A DNA stretch of 64,000 nt from Klebsormidium nitens (taxonomy: Eukaryota > Plantae > Klebsormidiophyceae): the NCBI GenBank assembly GCA_000708835.1, contig DF236964.1, positions 1 through 64,000 on the forward strand. The letters run 5' to 3'. The notes under the pieces are model-generated. The model did no database searches, was not told the origin of the DNA, and saw nothing but the letters and a program-made list of their open reading frames with translations. Below are positions 12,634 through 24,600 of the stretch, in pieces (within the stretch, counting starts at the first letter, position 1; each line of letters starts with the position of its first letter). The translations under genes and the position numbers were made by a program.

Positions 12634-15600
12634 TCAGAAGCGGTGCAGCCACGTGTCGGCGGTGCTGTGCAGTGTCCACATGGACATGTTGGCTGCTTGC
12701 GTCACCGTCTCTCGGAACTGGTCGCGCGCTCGCCTGTGCTTGCCGGCGGCCCACAATAGGCGCGCCTCGAAGTACTTTTGGTACACCCGCGCAAACACTG
12801 CGGCAGCACGGGAAACTATCATATAAGCTCACGTGTCGAGCTGAATCTTGCCGGGGTTTCTTTCCAGCCTTTCGGCTCCAAATCGGCTCACGCGTTCTAC
12901 TTCCGCTCCAGTATATGTGACTGAATAGGACTTCTGTGACCATTACTCAAAGAAACGCAGTCAAGTGATCGACCGATTTGGTCGATTTGAAAATCTGAAG
13001 CGTTGAGAATACTAAGGGCGGGGTCTACGCAAATCTGGACTCCTCGCAGGTCCTTCGCAAATCTCCTTTTAGAAGAGTGACTAAGTGGTAGGGAAAACCA
13101 CACTTCCGGGGTCTCGAATTATGCTTCGAACGATTTTTTTCATTGTGGATAAGTTTGTCTTTCTTCCTTGGGCATCCGGCTTCACTGCCAACTTCTGTGA
13201 GATACACTCTGACCCAGGCGGATAAAAACGTGCGCCCTAAAGGCTTGGGAGCTCGTTTCGACGGCTTACCCATCCGCCGACAGACGAAGTTGAAGTGCTT
13301 CGTCAGTGTCGCAATCTGATCCTCCCGGGCGGTCCTTGTGGCGCCACTTGGCAGCTCCACGAGCGAGTCCAGCAAAACCTCCATAACCGCGCAGGTCGCA
13401 GCAGGGGTGAGCGGGCAGAGCGGCGTCCCGCTCGCGAAGCGCGGCAGGAGCGCGGCCGCCCACTCGAGTGCGCGCACGCGTGCGCCCTGGCGCAGCAGCG
13501 CCTCGCAGGCGAAAGCCTTCGCCTGTAATCAACGAGCGCAATCAGTTTCATCAGTTTGCTTGCTGCGTGGAAGAGAATAAGTCATCTATTGTCAAGTTGG
13601 AATGCCCGAAAATAAAAGCGCGGGTAGAGTTTCAAATTGGTTTGATATCCACTCGGCTTACATCTGTCGTGGCGCTAGAAAAACACGCATCCAGTCACCT
13701 TATCCATCCTCCCAGAACTGATGGTTTCAGCTTCTTCATCCTTGCAACCAATCATAATCCAATTTCCCATCTACTTTATGAATTTTCAAGCCGCTACGAA
13801 GGAGCAGCGCCTACCTGCAAGCTGAGGTACTCGGCGACCTTCTCTTTGTGGTTCTGCTCTTCATACGTCGCCTCCATCTCCTCGTATATCCGTAATACCT
13901 CGTCATGTTCGCCGAGCGCCGCGGCCGCGGCCGCGGCTAAACAGGAGCCCCAAAGGTGCAACTCAGGATGATCCCTTCGAGCCTCGATCATGCGCGTGCC
14001 TTCTTGGAAGCAGAAGTTGGACTTGCCCTGACAAGCCAACGAAGAAATGTCAGCTACAGGCGCTAGAACTGTCCTGTGATAGTGAAAGGAAAGGCGTTCT
14101 GTATGATTTTAGAATCTTACAGAACGCGACGACGCGAAGGCACAGAGATTAGACGATGCACTTGAGGTCAGAACAAGAACGTGATGGGTGGTGACGTCTA
14201 GCGTGCTTGCAAGGAAAAGTTGCTGAAGGCCTGGAAACGAAAGGTCAAAGCAGATTCAGGCAATCCAGATTCTCCAAGAAGATGAAGCATTGTAACAGGT
14301 CACGGCCTTTCAGGAGAATAGAATTCTAACCAAGGCAAAGAAGAGACGACGTGGGAAAGCAGATTACCAGAGGCTACAGTTGAAGTACTCCAGTCAGAAG
14401 ATAATGGAGGAAATGAACACGAAGGGACGTACGAAGGAGCCAGGGCCGCCAAGGAACGACGCAGCTCCGCAGCCGGTTCATAATGGGAAACGATACTTGA
14501 AAAAAGGCAAGATTCCAGGTAAGTAGAAGATTGAAGGACACTAGTAAAGAAGGTGACTGTCGCTCTGAAAGATGCTTATTTGGGGACAGCTACTCAGAGA
14601 AACACGAACAAGTTGCAAAGGAGAGAGCTGAAATTTCTGCCGGCCGAACCTGGTAGAGGAAGATCATGGCTCGACAGCAGTTGCAGAGGTCGACCTCCCG
14701 CTGACCCTGGCACAGCTCAAACACGTCCGCCGCATCGCACGCGTACTTATCCGCTTGGATCCACTGACCTGCGGTTAGAAGGGGGGTAAAGCCGGGTTAA
14801 CAGCGGATCTATGATTTGAAATTCGGTCCGTGACAAGCGGTTTCACAGCCAAACACTTCCGCCGCATCGCAGGTATACTTATCCGAGGGAATGACCTGCG
14901 GTTAGAAGGCGGGTTAAGGCGGGTTAGGGCGGGTTAGCAGGTGGTTGATGGCCCGAAATCTCGGTCCTTGAGAAGGGGACCCAGTAACTAGGTTCTGTTC
15001 GAATGCGTCCACTGCGTAACGTGCGAACTTTCGGCCTGACCGCTGTAACCCTGAATGTCAAGGTCGGATTAGCGGCCGAGAACTAGGGTGGGAAGTCAAT
15101 TGTCGTGGGAGTCAGTCTGTGACGGCTCTGCTTCGTTGAAGGCGCTTCAGTATTGACGAGAAGAGGGCAGAGACATCTGCGCTCGACGTCCTTCAGCCGC
15201 ACCGCCTTTTCACACGTGGCGCGCCGCCTTTTCTCGCCTCCGAAAGTTTCTCCTTTCCTCAACCGCAGAAGCTTCCTCAAAAAGCGCGCCAGAAGCCAGG
15301 ACCCCAAAGAGGAGAACGCGCATCCTTGCCAATGCAGACATTGTACGTAGTCGACACAGCCCTTGGCTTCCAACCTGGCACAAGCTTTCCGTTTCCGGAG
15401 CACCGTTGCTGATCCTGGGCGGTTCGATGCTCCCAAAATCCGAATCGTGCGGCTCTAAGGTTGCGTACCGGAGCTTGACCTTCAGATTGGGAAAATGGAT
15501 ACCGGCGTGTGCTAAACAACCCTTTTCAGTATCCGGAAAAGCGAACCAGCCAATGTAAAAGTTCAGAGTAAAGGCGCTGAGAGCCGATTCTCACCGTGGT

Positions 15601-18600
15601 ACAGCGCGGTCAACGCGACGTTGTAGAAGATCTCCGCCGCTTGGACACGTGGCGTGGCCATCTCCGATTGACACTTCTCCAGCACCGCCATGCACTGGCT
15701 CATGCTCGACTCGGCCTCGTCGGGCGCGGCCGCGAGCACCGCGCACAGCGAGTACGCGCGCGCGACGTCGATCTTGAGCGCGGTCGTTGACGTCAGCACG
15801 CAGGTGAGGGCCTGCTTGCTCGCGTACATCGCGACCGCCAGGTCGTTCTGCGCGCGCGGAGAGGGGAAGAGATTAGCTGCCTTCAAATCTGACCCCCTTG
15901 TGACGTGAGCTGATAAGGTTCAACGGGGAGGCCGGTGGGACTCTGAAAACTTGCTGCTCAATACGACAATTCTCGGATCAATTGTCGTCTCTGGCCGGTA
16001 TAAGAATGTCAAAAGTAAGCAGAGACCAAGTGAGAAACAAACCTTACGACAAATCCTTCAAAGCGGAGAATGGCACGAGGCAGTCTGGACTGAGTAATTC
16101 ACGCAACAAAGATGACGACTTCCGTGGATCTGCAGAATGAAGGCCAGCAACGGTTCAAAGACCCTTGACAGCCGTCTGCAACAGACTTTCTCGGCCAATC
16201 AAAGAGAGGACGGAAGAGGGGTAACGGTACGCACCGACGAGGCCGCCAGGCTGCCCAGCTGGTAGAACACGTGGCTCTTGAGCAGCTGCATGCCGGCGAG
16301 TGACGTCAGGTTCTCCATCGTGCCCTTGCGCGCCTCAGAAACCTTCTTCAGCGACTTCTGGGCTTCCAGGAACTTGCGCGGCACGATGTGCTTCAGCCCC
16401 GCGCCGCGGCACCCGCAGAACCGCCAAACCCTGAACCTTCGCGCGCGGAACGACGCGACGCGGGGCCAGGCGGCGGGGACGTGGACGCCGATCTCCTGCA
16501 GGCCACAGGATCGGGATCTCAGGGACTCACGGTTTTACGAGTTTCTCAGCCGTGAACGAACCGGAATCAGTAGTGTTAGAAGTTAAGGTAGAGAAGATAG
16601 CCCTCTTTGGTCGGATGCTCTGATAATGTGTCCGTGCATCTCTCCTTTCGAAGCACTGGGTTTCTAAGCGGCCCCACACACTCGCTAAGCTGTATATCTA
16701 GTGGACCAAGACGCCCATCGGTTTTCGATCTGCTCTTTTATGACTTGCAAACAGTATTTCTTGCAAGAAATTGCCTGGAGTATGCCGTGCCTTAACCGTC
16801 ATCCAACCGCACCGTTATGCACTTCAGCTGTAACTGCGACAGACAGACAGACAGACTCCAAAGAGCCGAACACAAAGAAGGTCCAAAGAAGGGGTCGACC
16901 TCGCTTTTAAGAGCCCACCTGCAAGGAACGCTTCAAATGTTCCATGCTGGAATCCAGCTCGCCCAGCGCCGCATGCGCATAAGCGATGTGCCGGTGCCAC
17001 GTGCCGCGCTGCGTTTGGTCCACGCGGTCCATCTGCCCCATCGTATTACTCAGATGCAGCGCCTCCTCGTAATAGCGTATGGCCGTCCGGTACTGTCCGA
17101 ACTTGAACAGCGCGTCGCGCGCCGCGCGCTCCCAGTAGAACACGGCGTTGTCCGTAACGTCGCACTCTAGATCCTCCACGTCTTTGCAGGCTTGCGTGTA
17201 GTGATGCGCGATGCTGACGCACAGCAAGTCCAACTCGGATTCGCGGGCGACCAGCTCTTGGGCGACGTCCAAGTGGATCGTGCGGCGCTGCTTTGACGGG
17301 AGCATCGACGCCGTAACCTCCATCGTAACCTGCGGGTTAACGCAAGACTTTTTGAGTTTTCAAGTTCGAGTCTTTGCAGTGGCCGGTATTTGGGCGACGT
17401 CTCTGAGTGGATTGTTCAGCGCTTTTTCGAGACGCCTTCACCTGCTCTGGATTTCCACGGTCAGGCTATCTGTGTAATCCAATCGGCTTAAGGGCGTCAT
17501 CTTTTCGGCGGCGTCTCTTCGAGAGTTGCAAGTTTCGAGTTCGATTTTGTCGAAAACCAAAGAGACACGTTCTAGCCTGAATGGAGCCAAAGATGCACAA
17601 CTTCGAAACTCGTTCAGCGACACTTTACTCCGAAGGCTGAGTCTGAGCACATCCCGCGGCAATCTTAGCGAAGTGGTTCGCTCAATCGCTTCAAAAGCCT
17701 CACCGAATTGCTGAAGTGGTACGTCTTGCCGTTCTCCGCCTTTCGGACCGTCAGGAAGTTGAGGTGGTCCAAGTCGTCCAGCGTCCGCAGCAGCTGCTCG
17801 CGTGTGATCGCGGTCAGGCCGTCGCGCACCAGGTGTGACGTCAGCACCGCGAGCAGCAGGTCCGCGTCGAAGTCCATGCCGATCACGCTCGCGAGCTGCG
17901 CGCGCGCAAGGAATGTGGGGGATAAGAAACTGCTTTGACTAGATACGCTGCGTGCATTCACGAACAGTCGCTAACGCCCGAATATCGGATGAGAAAACCG
18001 GGAGAAAGTTCATAAATGTGTACACGCCTCGTGAGGGAAGGAAAGCTGTCGGAGGACGAGAGTTCCGAGCAGGTCTTTGGGTCACGTCAATCGCTTGTAG
18101 CCCATAAGATAGGCATTGTAACGGTGCCTTTCTCGAAACAATATCTTTGGCCAAACCTCATTCTTTGCGTCTGTAACGCCCTTCAGAGGTAGAATATGTC
18201 TCCAGATGCGAAACGTCAGGTCTTCGAAGACGCCAAGAGGGGCCCGCGCGCGCGCGCGCGCGCGCGCTCACCTTCAGCACGTTCGTCTGCAGGGGCGCGA
18301 GCAGATCGACCCTGCTGGTGATGAGCGCTTCCACGGAGTAGCTGAAGCTGTACGTGTCGAGATCGAACTCCTTGCTGACGTGGCACGCGCCGTCGGCCGC
18401 CACGCGGATGATGCCCTTCTCCAGCATGGCGCCCGTCATCTGCTCCACGAACAGGGGGTGACCCTGCAGGGGCAAAAAGAAGGGGGGGTTTGGTGTGAAT
18501 GTGGTCAACGATCAGCCTCAAAAGGGAAAGAGGGCCCCAAATTTGATTGGATCGGTACCTGAAGTCTTGGGATGACTGCGCATAGCTACCATGGGAGTCT

Positions 18601-21600
18601 TGGGAACACAATCCGCTTCTAACAAAGGCACGACGCCGCGTTGCAGCACGTAAATGGATTTTGCGAGCGCCGGAAAATTTATCCATCAACCTTGCTGGAG
18701 TAATTTGTGCACACGACTCTCAGTCAAAGACCACAATGTTGCTCTGAGCCAGTAAAAACCGCTGACGTCCCAGACCCGCCCCGCTTACGTGCGTCTTGCT
18801 GTAGATTGCGTCGAAGACGCTCTCAGGGATCCCCCGGGGCTTCTCCGTCGGGCACACGCGCTTGCAGATCAGCGCACGCGTGTCGCTCGCGGACATCTCG
18901 CGCAGGAAGATCTCGGTAGTGCTGGGTGACGCCACCACGGCCTGGTAGTCGCGCGCGCCGCGCGCGTCGGGCGCGAGCGGCCGGCTCGCGAGCACGCAGA
19001 GCACGCCGCTCGCGGGCTCTTCGCTGATGGCTTTCAGGACCGACCAAGACGGCTCGTCCATTGCCTGCGGGGTTTGAGGGTTTTAGGATTTTAAAACAAG
19101 TTGCAATCATTCACAGGAACATTTGTATGCCCATCAATAGCTTGATTGAATCAACTTTGGGGAGACTTTTTGTTAGGTAGGATTCCGATCGTCCCTTTCA
19201 GTGTTTAGCGGTTTTGGTACGAGGCCCGCGGTTGGCTGCAGGCTGGATGTTCAAGGGTTCGGGGAATGTACTAATACTTTGAGGGTTGAACCTCGCGAAA
19301 ACATGTGGAGCCTTACAATCTCTGCGTGGGCATTGTGGAAACGCTTCAAGAAGTTTGCGTTGAGCGATCCAGCGGGAAGTATCTTCCAAAAATGGTCACG
19401 GAAATGCTGGGTCGCGGTACTAGTTGGAACAGTGCATCCCGAACAAGGCCTTCATTCATTTTACACGCGGCTGATTCTCTTCGTACGAAGTCTCACTGCA
19501 GTGCCATTGGTTCCGTGCCATCTGTTCTTTTTGACCCGTCATTTTTGGAGCAGGCTCGGATTCAAACCGACCTCTTCTGGGGCGCCTGACCAGCGATAAA
19601 GTGGGTCAGAGCAAATAACAGTAGGATAACTGGCTCGTGCAAGTTGCCGATAGCAAGCAGGGTGCCTTCAATGACCTCGCGAACGAAGCAGACCACAATC
19701 CCAAGCATCAAAAGAACATAAAAAGGTCCAATCGAAAGTATTCACGACGGAGATCACCTTCGCTTCTTGGAAGACGAGCACGCAGCGAAGCCAATCTGCG
19801 AAGCAGTCGAGGGATGCGTGGATCGATCAAGACAACATTTTTGTTCGAATCGAAGGCTTTTTCCGGGAAACTCACGTGCGCGTCTTCGACGACGAGCACG
19901 CAAGGCGCCTTGATGAGCGCGAGCACGAGGTGCTTGAGCAGCGTGCACATCTTCTGCGCGCGCAGCTCCGCGGACGCCACCTCCTGCACCGGGGCGATCT
20001 TGAGCAGCCGCTCCACCCGGGTCACGTGGCCGTCCGGCCCGGACTCCTGCGGACAGAATCCGGATCATGAAGTTCGTCCGCATTGTCCGGTTCGGTGTTT
20101 GAAAAGAGATTTCAGGGAATCCGATTGTGAGCAGCCGCTTCTCCGCCGCGGTCACGTGGCTGGAGAAGCGGCTGTTCGCTGTTTGTGCGCGCGCCCAGGC
20201 GCACATCTGCGGACGGATGTTGAATATGTTCTGTCCGAATCGATGCCGTTTTGAACTTCGAGAACACTTCTGCGATTTGGAACTATCGACGGAAGAAACA
20301 AGTCAAATACGAGACCTGCGGACGGAATGCCCAACCAATCCGCTTTGGTGTCATGGAAACAACTTTGTGACTTCAATACGTCGATATAAAGAGCGAGTCA
20401 ATCTTCGGCACCCGATCCACGGGGTTCACGTAGCTGTGCGCGTGCGCACAGCTGCGGCAAAGTGCGCGCGCACGAGGCAATAGCCGTTCAAAAAACTTCC
20501 GGAAAACTCAAACGGGAAAATTTGATCCCCCGACCAGACCTATGTTGTCGATTGAACAGGCGCTGATCTTGTCTCAACACCCTTGTGAATGATCGCCGGC
20601 GGTCTGATCCACCGGATCAGACCCAAGAGCGCATCCCTCGAGGAGTGCAACAGATTTTACTCACCTCACGGATCGTTTGCCCCGGTCCAAACCGCAAGCC
20701 ATCTTTGAGACCGGGACTAGCCCCCCCCGCGTGCGTCATGAACCGTGACCCGCGCCGTCCCCGCACCGGGGCCTCGTCTTCCAACAAATCAGGGGTGTTT
20801 CCCGCAGAGATTTCAACCCGGGGGGGTGCGATCTCGGTGTGGTCATACCCCCCCTCGGCCATGGTGGAGTACCGAGCCCCCCGCCGAGAATTCATCCTAA
20901 GCGCAGCGCCGCTTAACCTGGGAGTACCGGCATCGGATGAGTGTCCCTCCCATTCGGGGGTCTCGATTACAGTGCCCGGTAGCGGTGGTAAGCCCCCCGG
21001 GGGGATGTTTTCAGGGTCGGGACTGTCCCCCCCCCCGGGCATGGACATGCGCCTTAAGGGCCCCCGCAGGTTTTGCAACTCGGACTCAAGCAGGCTCATG
21101 CCGCGCCCTCTGCGCTTCAGCGACGCTTTTCGTGAGAACCTCCGCTTGCCACGTTGCCGCTGGTCGTCCGTCGGATCGTCTCCCGGCGCGCCCGCGGGCG
21201 TCGGAGGCTCGTCGGCAATCGGGGGAAATCGCCCGAGCAGATTCATAAGGGCCGGGGCGTTGTGCTGAGGCGTGGGGGCGTGACTCACACTCGGAGTTTC
21301 GCTCGCATTAAAGTCGCGCCCAGTGCGGGACGGACTGTTCGGTGTGACGCTCTGCGGGGCGCTCATTTTGAGAGCGTCGTTCAGGAAGTAAGCTTGACTC
21401 TGTAGCAGACTAGGTAGGTGCTTGACCACGGCTTGCCCCCGCTGCTCAGGGGAAAGCTCCGGGGGCAGCTCCAATGCGCTGAGCACTAACCGGATCCACG
21501 GCCCGAGCACTTGCTGACCCAACCCGCCAGAACCTCCTGACGTCATCACGACCTGCACCTCCGGGTTCTGCGCCTCGACCTGCGCGCGCATCATGCTGAT

Positions 21601-24600
21601 GAGGCTCGACTTCCCGATCCCCGCCTGGCCCAGGATCAGCACCACGCCCGCGAGCGTCGCCGCTGACGTCATCGCGCGCGCGGTCGGGCTCGCCGGCTGC
21701 GCGAAGCTCTGCGCGCGCGGCGTCGGCCGCAGCGCGCCGTCGCGCGAGGGCTCCATGCTGGGCGACTTGAGAGGGGCGAGCACCAGCTTGTGTTTCGCCC
21801 GAAAGGACTGCCCCGGGTCCTCCATCGCACTTCCGCTGATCAACGATCCGTAATCCGCAATGGTTCCGGAGGACTCGTCCTGGGCGGTGGACCGCCGGAT
21901 TTTCCGGCCGCTGGTCGAGCCGCGGTCGCGTTTCAAGAGGGTTTTGAGGCGAGAAACTTTGGCCAAGAGAAGCGTGAGCTCTTCCTTGCGGCCGACTAAG
22001 AGGAGTTGAGAGAGGGACTCCGTTCCCAGGAATGAGGAATTCTGGGTCAGGGCGTGACCCTTCTTGCCGTCTCGGCCCTTCAGACCTGCGCGAATGAAGA
22101 GGGTTTCGTAAGCTGCGGCAATCGGAAGCACGTGAAGGGCACAATAAAAAGGCCCAAGCGATCCGTGCGCTGAAAAGAACCTTTAGAAAGAAGTGACAGC
22201 AGATCTTGGTGTTCGATCAAGCAGCGCCTCCATCGAGCGCCTTCTTCGACCGCAGTTCGACCAACCTCAAAAAGAACCTCAGAAGATCAACATGACAATC
22301 TTAAAAAGACGGGCTATGCGCTGCAGTTTGTCTGAGCAATTTGAGAACCTCAACGGGGGTCGCTGCCGCTGAGGGCACCTACCAATCTGGCCGACAATTC
22401 GCAAAATAGATGTTACTAGCGGCTGAGAATTTGGACACGGAGAGCCTAGCGTCTCCGATACGTACCGACGGGTCTGTACACGTCCAGCGGTTGCTTCTTC
22501 CCTTTCACGGCCATCGGAGGCAGTGCCACGTACTCTATCGCTGTGTTGGTGGCATCGTAAGTGGCCGAGTCAATCAATACCTGCAGAACGTGCAATGAGA
22601 ACCTGACATTACTGCCTCGCAATTTTATCCCGATGGTTTCTGTACGCCGCCTCTCTGTCAAAGTTGAAGAACACATGGAACAATTTCTGATCCAACGGAG
22701 AGGGAGGCCGTGTTTGTTGCACGGAGGGTCTGGTTTAGCGTGTGACAACGATAGATATGGATGGGCAATTCAAAATGATGATACAAAATCGCCCAAAAGG
22801 TGACAGCGAAACAAGAAAAAATCAATAAGGCTCTAGAAAAAGGTCCTACATTGTAGCACGGACAGCAGATTCGAGCTTGACAACCAGCAAAACAATTACA
22901 GGTGCCAAAACGTCATTTCTCAGAGCGAAGAAACGAGCGCATATTCCTGAGTGAAAGAGTATCTATCAAACTTTTACTGTGGCCTTCCGTTCCAAAGTCC
23001 GCTCCCTCGGTTTGGAGTCTCCAAGACCAGTCATATATATGTGCAACATTATAAGGGGCATCCCTCACCTCGTCCGTTGCTTTCTTCATCAGCCGCGCGC
23101 TCAGGTTGATCGAGTCGCCGTACACCGTGTATTCACACCGCCTCCGGCCGCCCACTGTCGCGCACAGCAGCTTGCCGGTGGTAACACCCGCGACGCCCAT
23201 CTCCCCTATCGCCTTGAGCTTATCGCGTATGGTCAGCGCCGTTTTGACGCCCCGCAGGGGGTCGTCCTGGTGAGTGTTTCCGGGCAGGCCAAACGCGGCG
23301 ATCATGAGGTAGCCTGCACAGCGCAGATCATGGCCGTTGGATATCGGTATTAGACGGATCGTTCAGATGCTCAGGAGGGGGCCGTCGCTTGTACTTATCG
23401 ATGGCAAGAGAGTAGATAAGACAGGGTCCCGGCCAGGGAGGTTGAGATTATTTTTGCGGAAACAGAAACTTAGATGTTGGAACCCAATTTTCATGACAAC
23501 TCAGTGGATCTTTCGCAGAGGTCGAGAGCGGGAACAATCTCGCAAAGGCCTTTCTGTTATGCGCTGGGTTCTGCTTCAAGAAAAAGACGAGAACCGTTTT
23601 CCTCTGCAGTCACCGTTACGGATTGCTAAAGCACTGATGCATCGTACTGAAACGCTGGCCCGCTGACACTTGGATCAATCGATAACATTGATCGGTTTTG
23701 TTGTTTCGTCAAAAAACACCCCGCCTGGCGACCGTGAAGAAACGACCTGCCGGACAAGCTCTGGGTCGACCATAGAGCAATCTCAACTTCCCACTTTACA
23801 CTAAAATTAACCCACCTTTCTCGTCCATCCGCATCTGCAGGAGGCAGCCATCCGTCGCCGCTAGGCACTGCTGCACCGTCGTCAGCACCGTCTGGACACG
23901 TGTCAGCTGCGGGGGCCCGCCAAGTGGCCCCGGGTCCGACAAACTCGGGAGCCCCAGAAAGAGGCACGTGCAGCGCCTGATCTCGGCGAGGGCCGTTGTG
24001 CTGCTGCTGCTGGCCTGGTTATGGAGCAACCGTGTGTATACGCTATCCGGGATGTACGTCCGGAGGCCGCGCACGATCGCGGCCGCGACATCCGGCTGGG
24101 CAGAGAAAACGCGCGAGAGATTTGAAGCTTGTTACCAAATACATGATAAGATTCACGCATTCGTATAAAATGCAGGGAATCTTCCTAGCAACAATTACCG
24201 AACTTTCCTGAGAAGCAAAAGCCAAACCTTCCGTTATGAAGAAATATGCGTTCCGGATTTGCTGTTCCGATCCTATACGACCATCACATTGGACTCGAAT
24301 GCTGACTGCAAGTTCAAGTTAATATCAAGACTCAGCTTCCTCTTCCACATCTCACTGTCCGCGATAGTTTTGAAAATGACAAACAGCAGACCTATCAACG
24401 AATGCGCAGAACGGAAAATACATGTGGTTTAAGAATGCTGGAGTTATCCGCAAAGCTCGAGTTCTTACCTGGTTAAACTCCAGGATCTTCTTCTGTTCTG
24501 GAATCACGATCCGACCCAGCACCCGATTCAGCCGTATAAACCCGTGCTCTAAAACCTCCCCATCGCACTCTTTCCCAATTAGCGCCCACACTTCAGGGGA

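Noticed and set aside
14908-14937. GGCGGGTTA x3 as an interstitial telomere
   Set aside because: Only three 10-bp units, not a plant TTTAGGG-type repeat, and part of an intronic duplication.
20585-22144. Long antisense and alternate-frame ORFs (20585-21268 +, 21446-22144 -)
   Set aside because: These are shadows of the GC-rich cyclase exon 22085-20665, with no recognisable motifs.
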